Below, piece after piece: positions 19,446 to 28,776 of a DNA stretch of 40,216 nt. Position 1 is the stretch's first letter. Every line of letters begins with the position of its first letter. The translations under genes and the position numbers were made by a program. The stretch is from Fibrobacteria bacterium. Its GTDB lineage: Bacteria > Fibrobacterota > Fibrobacteria > UBA11236. Under the pieces are notes generated by a model. It was not told where the DNA came from, ran no database searches, and worked only from the letters and a program-made list of their open reading frames with translations. The DNA lies in the NCBI GenBank assembly GCA_041746255.1, contig JBGTHM010000118.1, positions 1 through 40,216 of the forward strand, in the 5' to 3' direction.

Positions 19446-19473
19446 TTGACAATAAATATTTTTAATATACACT
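19446..19473 (+). promoter_or_regulatory. Candidate sigma70-type promoter for the VIT-domain gene
   Basis: TTGACA (19446-19451), 16-nt spacer, TACACT (19468-19473), within a very AT-rich stretch. Confidence 0.45.
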
Positions 19474-19571
19474 ACAATATTAGACATTTATTGTGCTATA
19501 TTTCAATTAATGTCGGTTTAATTTCTATTTAAATTATTTTTTAACACTACAAATTAACGGGTAGGTCGCTT

Positions 19572-22049
19572 ATGAAACTAAAATTTCTCGGGATTTTAGG
19601 ATTGCTTCCGGTCATTTTCACAGCCATTCCAATTCACTCCCAGGTGAACCTGGCGCAACTTCTCACCAACACCGTTCGCCAAAATCAACCTTGGATGCAA
19701 GTGGATACCCATTTGGACTCCTTGTTGGTGAATGTGGAAATCAACCAGGGGGTGGTAACCTCCACGGTCACCTTCCAGTATACAGCCGGAAAGGGTCTCC
19801 TAAACTCTTGGGAAACACGACCCTGTGCCGACGCCAGTTGTGTTTCGGAACCGAAATGGGTTGAAACCGATAGCTTGGAAACCAGCACCTATTTTGAACT
19901 GAAACCGAACACCGTTGTTACAGAAATGTTCCTGTGGGTAGGCCAGGAAAAAGTCCGAGCCGATTTGCAGGAAAGAGGTCTGGCTTCGGCCCAATATGAA
20001 TCCATCGTGCAAAGACGGCTCGACCCGGCATTGCTGGAAACCTGGGGTCATGACCAATACTCGTTACGAATTTTTCCGATTAAAACGGGTGAATCCCGCC
20101 GTCTTGAAATCCAATTCATTCAAGGTATGACCGGCAAAGCAGCCACGAGCGAGGTTGTGCTCCCGGTTTGGCATAGCTTAGGTTACCCGGGATACGTGGA
20201 CCCATCCATGCCCACCCGGAAATTGGGTGCCGTGAAGGTTACCGCGCGGGCTCTGGATGGGCAAATCTACACTCTGAATTGGCCCGGATTGGGAGAAGTG
20301 CGGATTGGCGATATCCAGGTCCAGCTAAAAGCCCAAGACGTGCAAGAATTGGGTCATGGCAGGCTTTCCACGACAACCACGCTGTGCAGCGATTGTCTTA
20401 GCACCTATGGCGGCGCTGATTCGGAAGCACGGTATTTCGGAGCAATGGCGGAACTGGTCCATAAAGAATTAAAATTCGCACCCGAACCCACCGAGCGAAT
20501 CGTGCTAATCGACGTGGATGGCCGCTCGGATGCAGCGAATTTGGACCATGCCCGCAAGTTGGCCTTGCTGGCCATGAAGGGATACGGTCAATCGCCTAAC
20601 CGGATCAACCTCTTCTATCGTGATGCGGCAGGAAGACTGGTATCGGCTTTTCGCACCTCCGAAAGCATGACTCCGGCTAACCTTCGCCAAGCCTATACTC
20701 ATGTAAAAATGGCCTATCCTTCCCCTACGGCAGCCCATGAAACTGCCATAGACCAATGGCTTAAAAGTCGTGCGTCACAATCCGCTACGGCTTTGATTCT
20801 CTTGAATGATGAAGAAACCCAATACCCCGCCTACCGGGATCCCGGTCCGGATATCGAGGCCCAGAAAAAATACAGCATGGAATACCATGAACTCGTGCAA
20901 AGTCACAATGCGAAATTAGCCCTTCGCTCCCAAAAGCTGGCCGAGCTGTTGAATAAAGAGAAGGTTACGCTTTTCGGATATTGGAGGGATTATAACATTG
21001 CCCAGACCGCGACGCTTACCGGTGGGTATCAACTGGGTTACTTACATGGCCATTATCAACCCCCAATATTGCAATCGACGGAGAAAGGCCAACCCGTTAC
21101 GGACACATGGAATGTCCCTCCCCTATTCGGCCCGGGTCGCTATGACGGCCATGGAGGCATTCGGAATTTGAAAGTTACGCTGGATGGCTTGCCGGTTCGG
21201 GAATTTTCGCATGTACAACGGACATCCGCCTCCTACCGGCATTATTTAGGCAGACCGATGCAAACGAATGGCCCTGCCATAACGATTGATGCATCGATAT
21301 GGCCAATGCCCGGCAACCCAGGCGCGGATACGACCCGACTATACATGGCTGGAAAACATTCCATCCCTGGAACAGTCAACATCGGGATATCCGGAATTAT
21401 CGGCGGCCTCAACTTTGTCGAGAATTTTAAAGCGAACCTCCGCTCTCGCAGCGGCCCCCCTCAGGCCGGTAAACTCTGGGCTCTGGTCGGTTCCGAATCC
21501 CTGGCGGATTCCGGAAAAGGAACCGAAGCGCGGGTGCAGCAATTAGGAAAGAAATACCATATCATCAACCGTCAGATGAGCCTGTTGGCGCTTGAACCGG
21601 GGATGAAACTCTGGGATTCACTGCCGGCCGGTCAACTCACCAACCGACCCGAGATGACCGGTGACCTCAATCGGTTTGCGGCAATACCGACTTCCGGTGA
21701 TCCGGCAAAGTACAATCCAGGTTTAAGCTTGGATAAGCTATCCTTAGAAGATATTCTGGCAGGCAATGTAGCGTCGCTGACTCCCACTTTACACGTCGGT
21801 TCCCCCAAGCTGGAGTTAACCACCGCGCAAGGTGGGCGCCGAGTGATTTTATCCGGTATAAATGATTTGGATACCTGGAGAGTTACCGTAATCGATTCCC
21901 GCGGCAGGACCGTGGCGCGACCCGCCCTGGAAAATTCCGGCGGACGTATCGAAGGGGTCATTTCCCATAGTAACTTGCGTGGAACCTATTGGGTGGTGGC
22001 GGAAAGCGGTAGCAATCGTATGACTCAGCGCATGGTTATTATGCCCTAG
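19572..22049 (+). CDS. Secreted VIT (vault protein inter-alpha-trypsin) domain protein with degenerate vWA-like region and T9SS-like C-terminal domain
   Basis: Signal peptide; LE..FEL....VVTEMFLWVG...A...YESIV.RR.DPALLE...LRIFPI..GESRR; late KLWA...Y.I....SLLALE; terminal VIDSRGRTV...GTYWV. Confidence 0.8.
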   Translation: MKLKFLGILGLLPVIFTAIPIHSQVNLAQLLTNTVRQNQPWMQVDTHLDSLLVNVEINQGVVTSTVTFQYTAGKGLLNSWETRPCADASCVSEPKWVETDSLETSTYFELKPNTVVTEMFLWVGQEKVRADLQERGLASAQYESIVQRRLDPALLETWGHDQYSLRIFPIKTGESRRLEIQFIQGMTGKAATSEVVLPVWHSLGYPGYVDPSMPTRKLGAVKVTARALDGQIYTLNWPGLGEVRIGDIQVQLKAQDVQELGHGRLSTTTTLCSDCLSTYGGADSEARYFGAMAELVHKELKFAPEPTERIVLIDVDGRSDAANLDHARKLALLAMKGYGQSPNRINLFYRDAAGRLVSAFRTSESMTPANLRQAYTHVKMAYPSPTAAHETAIDQWLKSRASQSATALILLNDEETQYPAYRDPGPDIEAQKKYSMEYHELVQSHNAKLALRSQKLAELLNKEKVTLFGYWRDYNIAQTATLTGGYQLGYLHGHYQPPILQSTEKGQPVTDTWNVPPLFGPGRYDGHGGIRNLKVTLDGLPVREFSHVQRTSASYRHYLGRPMQTNGPAITIDASIWPMPGNPGADTTRLYMAGKHSIPGTVNIGISGIIGGLNFVENFKANLRSRSGPPQAGKLWALVGSESLADSGKGTEARVQQLGKKYHIINRQMSLLALEPGMKLWDSLPAGQLTNRPEMTGDLNRFAAIPTSGDPAKYNPGLSLDKLSLEDILAGNVASLTPTLHVGSPKLELTTAQGGRRVILSGINDLDTWRVTVIDSRGRTVARPALENSGGRIEGVISHSNLRGTYWVVAESGSNRMTQRMVIMP

Positions 22050-22728
22050 CAGCCTCCAGCTTTCGGCAAATAGGGCATAACTCCGAATTATGGTGACGGG
22101 CGGGACAATATTTCCGCCCGTAATAAATGAATTGCAAATGCAGTTTCGTCCAGCTGGACTTGGGAAACACCTCTTTCAAATCCTTCTCCGTTTGTACTAC
22201 GTTTTTGCCGGTCGATAGCCCCCACCGCTCCGCCAATCGATGGATGTGGGTATCGACGGGAAAGGCGGGACAGTCATAAACCTGGCACATCACTACCGAA
22301 GCGGTTTTGTGGCCCACTCCGGGAAGGGTTTCCAACTCCTCCAAGGTACGCGGCAGCTCTCCGCCAAATTGATCGAGCAACATGCGCGAAAGATTCCACA
22401 CCGCCTTGGCTTTGGTCGCGGAAAGCCCCACTCCCCGGATCATTCCCTGAATTTCCGCAATCGGGATTTTAACCATGTCGGCAGGATTGTCGGCTCGCGC
22501 GAAGAGCGCGGGTGTCGCGGCATTCACCGACTTGTCGGTGGTATGCGCCGAAAGCAGCACCGCCAGGCACAGGGTATAGGGATTGGTATGGTATAGGGGA
22601 ATGGGCGGATCCGGAAAAAGACGATTCAATTCTTTATGAATGTAACGGGCATTCTTTTTACGGTCTTCCAATGGAAGCAGCGCTTTCACCGGATTGGGTT
22701 TGCGAACCGGGTCTTTTTTTTTCGCCAC
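22039..22728 (-). CDS. nth: Endonuclease III (HhH-GPD DNA glycosylase/AP lyase)
   Basis: AVLLSAHTTDKSVN, LETLPGVGHKTASVV, FPVDTHIHRLA.RWGL, HLQFIYYGRKYC. GTG 22728 follows GGGAG (ORF track start 22806). Confidence 0.93.
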   Translation of the reverse strand: MAKKKDPVRKPNPVKALLPLEDRKKNARYIHKELNRLFPDPPIPLYHTNPYTLCLAVLLSAHTTDKSVNAATPALFARADNPADMVKIPIAEIQGMIRGVGLSATKAKAVWNLSRMLLDQFGGELPRTLEELETLPGVGHKTASVVMCQVYDCPAFPVDTHIHRLAERWGLSTGKNVVQTEKDLKEVFPKSSWTKLHLQFIYYGRKYCPARHHNSELCPICRKLEAARA

Positions 22729-22935
22729 CTTACGAAACTCCCACTTTACCTTGGCTTTACCTTGATATACGGATGAATGAAAAATATTCCCCATTCTGAT
22801 ATGCAAACCGATGTGGGAATATAAATAACCCCTTACCGAATTCCCTGGCCTCTGGGTTCCGAAAAAGGGGCATGGCAGGGTAATTTGCTATTTTCCCCGC
22901 AGTCGCCCATGTGAGCGTCAAAATCAGGGACCAAT

Positions 22936-23916
22936 ATGATTGTGATAACCGGAGCCGCGGGATTCATCGGCAGCGCCTTGGCTTGGGAGCTCAACCGAAG
23001 GGGAAATTCCGATCTCCTACTGGTCGATGACCTCGGGACCGGGGAGAAATGGAAAAACCTGGTACCGCTGCGCTATAGCGATTACCTGGAAAAAGACGAC
23101 TTCATTCAGGGTGTGCTTGAATCCCGCTTCGATTCGCTCGGCATAAAGGCCATCATCCATATGGGCGCCTGTTCCGCCACTACCGAAAAAGACGCCTCCT
23201 TTCTCATTCGTAATAATTTCGAATACAGTAAAAAGCTGGTCGAGTGGTGCGACAAAAACCATGTCCGTTTGATTTATGCCTCTTCCGCGGCAACCTATGG
23301 CGATGGAGCCCGAGGCTATTCCGATGACGAGGCTGAAATCGAGGGACTTCGGCCCCTGAACATGTATGGCTATTCCAAGCAAATGTTCGATATATGGCTA
23401 AAACAAAAGGGATGGCTAAAGAACTGCGTAGGCCTCAAATATTTCAACGTTTTTGGACCCAACGAATACCATAAGGAAGACATGCGCAGCATGGTCGCCA
23501 AGGCTTATGCGCAAATTACCGACGAGGGTAAAATCCGTCTCTTTAAAAGCCATCATCCCGATTATCGCGATGGAGAGCAAATGCGTGACTTCATCTATAT
23601 CAAGGATGCGGTTGCCATGACTTTGCATTTTCTCGAAACCGGAGTTCCAGGGGGACTGTACAACATCGGCACGGGCCAAGCCCGCACCTGGATTGACGTA
23701 GCCCATGCCTTATTCGCCGCCTTGGGAGTGAAGCCGAAAATTGAGTTCATTCCCATGCCCGAGGTTTTGCAAGGCAAATATCAATATTTCACCGAAGCGG
23801 ATATGCGAAAATTCCATTCCACAGGCCATAAGGGGACACAGTTTACCTTGGAAGCGGCCGTAAAGGATTATGCGGAATACCTCAAGGCGGGTTCGCAAGT
23901 GCTGGGGTTCAACTGA
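22936..23916 (+). CDS. rfaD: ADP-L-glycero-D-manno-heptose 6-epimerase
   Basis: IVITGAAGFIGS, HMGACSATTE, YASSAATYG, PLNMYGYSK, YFNVFGPNEYHK..M.S, GKYQYFTEA. Confidence 0.95.
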   Translation: MIVITGAAGFIGSALAWELNRRGNSDLLLVDDLGTGEKWKNLVPLRYSDYLEKDDFIQGVLESRFDSLGIKAIIHMGACSATTEKDASFLIRNNFEYSKKLVEWCDKNHVRLIYASSAATYGDGARGYSDDEAEIEGLRPLNMYGYSKQMFDIWLKQKGWLKNCVGLKYFNVFGPNEYHKEDMRSMVAKAYAQITDEGKIRLFKSHHPDYRDGEQMRDFIYIKDAVAMTLHFLETGVPGGLYNIGTGQARTWIDVAHALFAALGVKPKIEFIPMPEVLQGKYQYFTEADMRKFHSTGHKGTQFTLEAAVKDYAEYLKAGSQVLGFN

Positions 23917-23942
23917 TATTCCCGGAAATGGATTGCATTTAG

Positions 23943-24950
23943 GTGTCCCCCTTCGAAATTTATTGGCGCACTTTAGGCCTTCCCCTATCGCGAGCTAAAG
24001 GTTTTCTGGTCGATGCCGTGCCCTTCTCCGTCGTGGAATTTGCGGTTTGGACCGGTATTACGGCCACCCTTCTGTTTATCCTCGGAAGTTTTCCGGCCAT
24101 GCGCCGGACACGTCTGTGGGAGGCCCGACGCTTGTGGTTTTTCTTCGGTCCCATCTTCTTGCTGCTACTGGGAGCTGGCCAAGGCGCCTTTCCCTTCAGC
24201 CTTGCGCCGACGGCTTGGCGTCAACCCCTTCACGATAAATTTTTGGGCGACTCGTTGTCCTACTCCGATTTCCAGGCGCAAGTGGATTTGCGTGCGCAGA
24301 GGTTGAACCAGGAACTCAGCCCGTCCGATTATTATTCCCTCTCTGAACTCGAAGTTCTGACGGCTTGCGATACGGCTCTGGATTCAGTCTTGGATGGACT
24401 CGGCCTCCCCGGCGGGCGAAGGGTAACCGCCTTGAAAACCATGGGTCCGCTGAGCACCTTGATGGGCTTGGTTTATGGAGGCCCTGCTTTTCACGATCCT
24501 TTTTTCGGTGAGTTGGCGGTAGTGGATTCCTCGGATTTACCCACCAGCCATTTCTGGAGACTTCTCGCCGCCTGCCATGAAACCGCGCATGCCAAGGGCT
24601 TCACACGGGAAATGGATGCGGAAATCCTAACCTATTTGGCGCTGCGCCATGTGCCGGACCCGCGTTACGCTTTGATTGCCGATATTCAATTTCTGCGTAA
24701 ATCCGGTGAGGAAATCCAGTGGCCGGCTTTACTGAAGGAGGAGGCGGATAGGGTTCGGGAAACACGACGAAAGGTGGAAATGACCCAACCCGTCGCACAA
24801 TTCATGCAGCGTTGGGCCACGCGCCTGAAATTACGCAATGACGAGGCCAAATACGGCCAACGGGATCGGGCTGACGAGTGGAACCCAATCCATCCCTTTT
24901 TCTCAACCGTGCTTGCCGTGGAAAACGAACAAGCGGATAATCTGGAATGA
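23943..24950 (+). CDS. DUF3810-like membrane-anchored putative metallopeptidase
   Basis: PFSVVE followed by two TM segments; PFFGE; CHETAHAKGFTREMDA (HExxH...E). Confidence 0.7.
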   Translation: MSPFEIYWRTLGLPLSRAKGFLVDAVPFSVVEFAVWTGITATLLFILGSFPAMRRTRLWEARRLWFFFGPIFLLLLGAGQGAFPFSLAPTAWRQPLHDKFLGDSLSYSDFQAQVDLRAQRLNQELSPSDYYSLSELEVLTACDTALDSVLDGLGLPGGRRVTALKTMGPLSTLMGLVYGGPAFHDPFFGELAVVDSSDLPTSHFWRLLAACHETAHAKGFTREMDAEILTYLALRHVPDPRYALIADIQFLRKSGEEIQWPALLKEEADRVRETRRKVEMTQPVAQFMQRWATRLKLRNDEAKYGQRDRADEWNPIHPFFSTVLAVENEQADNLE

Positions 24951-25342
24951 ACGAAGAAGAAGCGCGTGCCTTCCAATTGGATTGGCTGAAACGCCATCCC
25001 CCCAAGCCCAAAGAAACCGCAAAACCCCCAAAGCAGCGGAAAGCGCCTAAAGCGCAGCAACAGACTCGCTCTCCCCTATTCGAAACGGAAGTGGACGCCG
25101 AGGTCGATTTACATGGATTCGCGGTGGACGAGGCTTTGGCCGAAATCTCCCTGTGGTTGGACAGACGGTTTGAGGAAGATTTTCGGTTACGCGTTATTCA
25201 CGGACGCAGCGCCTCGTCGCCCGACTCCATACGCTCGCGAATCCGCCGAAATTGCGAAAGCGTCTGGCGCCACCGCCTCCACCGACATTTTCCCGAAAAG
25301 GGGAATCCCGGCTCGACCATACTAGTCATAAACGCCGGCTGA
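24947..25342 (+). CDS. Smr/MutS2 C-terminal domain protein
   Basis: EVDLHGF.VDEA, LRVIHGR, GNPGST; ATGA overlap with the upstream gene. Confidence 0.85.
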   Translation: MNEEEARAFQLDWLKRHPPKPKETAKPPKQRKAPKAQQQTRSPLFETEVDAEVDLHGFAVDEALAEISLWLDRRFEEDFRLRVIHGRSASSPDSIRSRIRRNCESVWRHRLHRHFPEKGNPGSTILVINAG

Positions 25343-25381
25343 AATTATTTTGCTAACCGTCTTCTAATCCCGCGAGGAACC

Positions 25382-26755
25382 ATGGCTTTCAAGAAAAATA
25401 TTCTGTGTATCGGCGCCGGCTATGTCGGTGGACCCACCATGAGCATGATTGCGGCCAAATGCCCCGATTACCGGGTAACGGTGGTGGATATCAACGCCGA
25501 ACGCATCGCCGCCTGGAATAGCGGGCGCTGTCCCATTTATGAACCGGGATTGGATGAATTGGTCAGCTCCGCTCTTGGCCGCAACCTCTTTTTCTCCACC
25601 GATACCGATCAGGGAATCCGCGAGGCGGATATCATTTTCGTTTCGGTGAATACGCCCACGAAAAACTTTGGCCAGGGAGCAGGCAAGGCTGCCGATTTAC
25701 AGTATTGGGAAAAAACCGCCCGGCAAATCCTGGCGAATTCCGACCGCCCGAAAATCATCGTGGAAAAATCCACGCTTCCAGTACGTACCGCCGAAGCTAT
25801 GGAACGCATCCTCAACGCGAATGGCAATATCCGCTTCCAGGTCATATCCAATCCCGAATTCCTGGCGGAAGGCACGGCCATCACCGATTTACAAAACCCG
25901 GACCGAGTCCTTATCGGTTCACGCGAAACGGCGGAAGGCGTGGCGGCACGACAAGACATCGTGGATATCTATGCGCATTGGGTTCCCTCCGAAAAGATCA
26001 TTCAGTCCAATGTGTGGAGCGCGGAATTGTCCAAGCTCACGGCCAACGCCTTCCTCGCGCAAAGAATTTCTTCCATTAATTCCATCTCCGCCCTGTGCGA
26101 AAAAACCGAGGCGGACGTGGATGAAGTCGCCTATGCCATCGGTACCGACTCCCGCATCGGATCCCGCTTCCTTAAAGCCAGTGTGGGATTCGGCGGGTCC
26201 TGCTTCCAAAAAGATATTCTCAACCTCGTGTATATTTGCCAAAGTTACGGCCTCACCGAAGTCGCGGAATATTGGGAATCGGTAGTTAAAATCAACCACT
26301 GGCAACAAAGCCGTTTCATTCACAATATGCTGGGTAACATGTTCAATACCGTAGCCGGAAAACGCATAGCCGTGCTGGGATTCGCTTTCAAAGCCAATAC
26401 CGGCGATACCCGCGAGTCGCCGGCCATTTCCGTGGTCAGGGGATTGCTGGAAGAACGGGCCCATGTGGTGGTTACCGATCCCAAGGCCATTAAAAACGCC
26501 CGCGAAGAATTGAAGGATTTGGGCGACCGGGTCACCTATGAAGAAGACCCCTATGCCGCCGCCCAAGGCGCGCATGCCCTGGCGGTTATGACCGAGTGGG
26601 ACCAGTATAAGAAACTGGATTATGGACGCATCCTGAAATCCATGGTGCAGCCGGCTTTTTTATTCGATGGCCGTAATATCCTGGACCACCAGAAATTGTT
26701 CCAAATGGGATTCAATGTATTTCCCATCGGTAAGACCTGCCTCAAGCATTTTTAA
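25382..26755 (+). CDS. ugd: UDP-glucose 6-dehydrogenase
   Basis: [78 protein letters not shown]. Confidence 0.96.
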   Translation: MAFKKNILCIGAGYVGGPTMSMIAAKCPDYRVTVVDINAERIAAWNSGRCPIYEPGLDELVSSALGRNLFFSTDTDQGIREADIIFVSVNTPTKNFGQGAGKAADLQYWEKTARQILANSDRPKIIVEKSTLPVRTAEAMERILNANGNIRFQVISNPEFLAEGTAITDLQNPDRVLIGSRETAEGVAARQDIVDIYAHWVPSEKIIQSNVWSAELSKLTANAFLAQRISSINSISALCEKTEADVDEVAYAIGTDSRIGSRFLKASVGFGGSCFQKDILNLVYICQSYGLTEVAEYWESVVKINHWQQSRFIHNMLGNMFNTVAGKRIAVLGFAFKANTGDTRESPAISVVRGLLEERAHVVVTDPKAIKNAREELKDLGDRVTYEEDPYAAAQGAHALAVMTEWDQYKKLDYGRILKSMVQPAFLFDGRNILDHQKLFQMGFNVFPIGKTCLKHF

Positions 26756-26770
26756 GCGCTGCGAACTCGG

Positions 26771-26796
26771 ATCGGACTGCTCGAGTCCGGTTTTTT
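26771..26796 (+). terminator. Rho-independent terminator after ugd
   Basis: ATCGGACT-GCTCG-AGTCCGGT stem-loop followed by a T run, between convergent genes. Confidence 0.6.
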
Positions 26797-26801
26797 CGCC
26801 A

Positions 26802-28031
26802 TCACGATGACCTCCGCAAGGTATTGTGGGCGTCTTGTCGATAAAGGCGGTAGAGCGGTAAAGATGCGGAGATTACCGTTGCACCCATGGCCAACAGCCA
26901 GACCGGATAGCTCCGCCAAGCCGGGATATAGGGAATCGCAGGCCCCGACAAGTTAGCCGTCATCCACTGTTGGAACAGCCCGAAGAAGGAAAAATCCAGG
27001 ACGGCCCCGAGCAAACAGGCCGCTCCCCCGAGTAGAATCGCCTCCCATAACAACCTGGCGGAAGTCTCCCCACGCGAATAGCCTAATGCGCGCAATATGG
27101 CTAACTCTCCGCTTAAAACTTCGAAGCGGCCTCCGAACAAACCCGCTACGCACAGACTTCCCAAAATAAGCGCCAAAAACATGGCGGCCAAGGCCAAGGT
27201 ACGGCTGCCTCCAGTGAGGCGCTGCAATTCGTCCATGGCCTGGGGAACCGAAACGGCTTGCGTAATCGTCATCTGGTTGATCAAATTGCGCAGGCCCGGA
27301 TACCCCCCCGGTTTAAGATGAACAATGACATAGTGCAAAACATCGGAACCCCAAGGGGAGTTGATGGCAACATGGCTTCGCTCCAAAATGGTGCGTGCCT
27401 GCGCCATCCCGATGAACAGCGCTCCGTCCCAGCGATTATCCAGAGGTTGTAAAATTCCGGATACTGTAAATTCATAGGTAAAAATGGAAGAGGCGCCCGG
27501 CGCCGAACCCGTCCAGGGATCCACCGAGATTTTATCCCCGACCCGCAGGTTGTGTTGGCGGGCGACGTTTGCTCCCAGCACAATATTCCGGTCTTGACCG
27601 ACCCAGGCGCCCTGGTCAAAACTCACTGCCAGGCCCGGCTGGCGTAAAAAATCATCGTTGGTACCGATTACCCTCGCTCCCCGGTACTTTGCGCAATAGA
27701 CGATGGGTACCAACCCGGTCACGTAATCGGGATTTTCCATGAATTCCAGGCGATGTCGGTTTTGCAAAGACCAATAAAGGCGACTGGTGAAAAAATCCGG
27801 GTAATCCCCCTCGAGATTCATGGCATTTAAAAGGATGTCCAGCTCACCTGATTTAGCCCCCACAATGGCGTCTCCCGAACGGACCATATTTCCGAATCGA
27901 TCCGCGCCGACATGGTGCAAGCGCAGCAGCAAACCACCGATGCCTACGGCCAAACCGATAGCAAGTAATCCGATAAGCGTATTCCCGGGATGACGGCGGA
28001 GGTTAAGCAGCGCCAAATGGATGGGATTCAT
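26802..28031 (-). CDS. ABC transporter permease (MacB/FtsX-like)
   Basis: LALLNLRRH N-terminal TM, IVGAKSG.L..LLN, periplasmic domain, ELAILRALG and three C-terminal TMs. Confidence 0.88.
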   Translation of the reverse strand: MNPIHLALLNLRRHPGNTLIGLLAIGLAVGIGGLLLRLHHVGADRFGNMVRSGDAIVGAKSGELDILLNAMNLEGDYPDFFTSRLYWSLQNRHRLEFMENPDYVTGLVPIVYCAKYRGARVIGTNDDFLRQPGLAVSFDQGAWVGQDRNIVLGANVARQHNLRVGDKISVDPWTGSAPGASSIFTYEFTVSGILQPLDNRWDGALFIGMAQARTILERSHVAINSPWGSDVLHYVIVHLKPGGYPGLRNLINQMTITQAVSVPQAMDELQRLTGGSRTLALAAMFLALILGSLCVAGLFGGRFEVLSGELAILRALGYSRGETSARLLWEAILLGGAACLLGAVLDFSFFGLFQQWMTANLSGPAIPYIPAWRSYPVWLLAMGATVISASLPLYRLYRQDAHNTLRRSS

Positions 28032-28672
28032 GGCGCACCGAATCCCTGAAAATCCATTTTCCGTAGGAAGCGCTCCCGAATGCGGACATCGTGGCTGACA
28101 ACCACCAATGTGGCCTTTTCCGCAGCTTCCAGCAGCGCATCCAGAACGGCGGCTGCATTCAGCTGATCCAGACTGGAAGTGGGTTCATCCGCCAAAATGA
28201 CCTGTGGCTGCGCGGCTAAGACTCGGGCTACGGCCACCCGTTGTCGCTCACCTTGGCTGAGCCACTTGCAATGGGTTTTATCCTTCGGCTCCATCCCCAT
28301 ACGGGTCAAGGCCTCCCGTACCCGATCGTTCCGATCCGGAACGCCCGTCGGCATTCCCAATAAGACATTTTCGGTAGCGGTCAAATAGCCCAGCAAGTTG
28401 TGCTGTTGGAAAACCACTCCAAAATGCCGCTTGCGTTTCGTGTCCCGCTCCCTTTCGGAAAGGGACGAAAAATCTTCTCCGCCCAAGCGGACGCTACCCT
28501 TATCAGGCCGCAACAATCCCGCGAGCAAATGCAAAAAGGTGGTTTTCCCTTGCCCGCTGGGGCCATGCACGCATAAAGGTTCGCCTGACTTGACCGACAT
28601 CTCGGAAACACGGAAAAGCACCCGGGAACTTCCCGGAATGCTCACTTCCACATCCTGCAAATACAATTCCAT
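28028..28672 (-). CDS. ABC transporter ATP-binding protein (LolD/MacB-like)
   Basis: GPSGQGKT, VFQ, LSQGERQRVAVAR, ILADEPTSSLD, VSHD; ATG 28672 (ORF track start 28702). Confidence 0.92.
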   Translation of the reverse strand: MELYLQDVEVSIPGSSRVLFRVSEMSVKSGEPLCVHGPSGQGKTTFLHLLAGLLRPDKGSVRLGGEDFSSLSERERDTKRKRHFGVVFQQHNLLGYLTATENVLLGMPTGVPDRNDRVREALTRMGMEPKDKTHCKWLSQGERQRVAVARVLAAQPQVILADEPTSSLDQLNAAAVLDALLEAAEKATLVVVSHDVRIRERFLRKMDFQGFGAP

Positions 28673-28776
28673 GCTAGTCGTATTATCCGGCCCTGAGAGC
28701 AAGACTACCTGGGTAATTTAGCTTGTTTGGTTCTGGGAATCGAAGCGATTGCCCGAATTTCCGCCACCTGCGAAAA

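Noticed and set aside
22873..22889. Sigma54-like TGGCAGGGTAATTTGCT upstream of rfaD
   Set aside because: The GG-to-GC spacing is 11 nt rather than the strictly required 10.
25382..26755. Eukaryote-like UDP-glucose dehydrogenase as a horizontal transfer
   Set aside because: This subtype ([20 protein letters not shown]) is already widespread among bacteria, and nothing in the local context suggests recent transfer.
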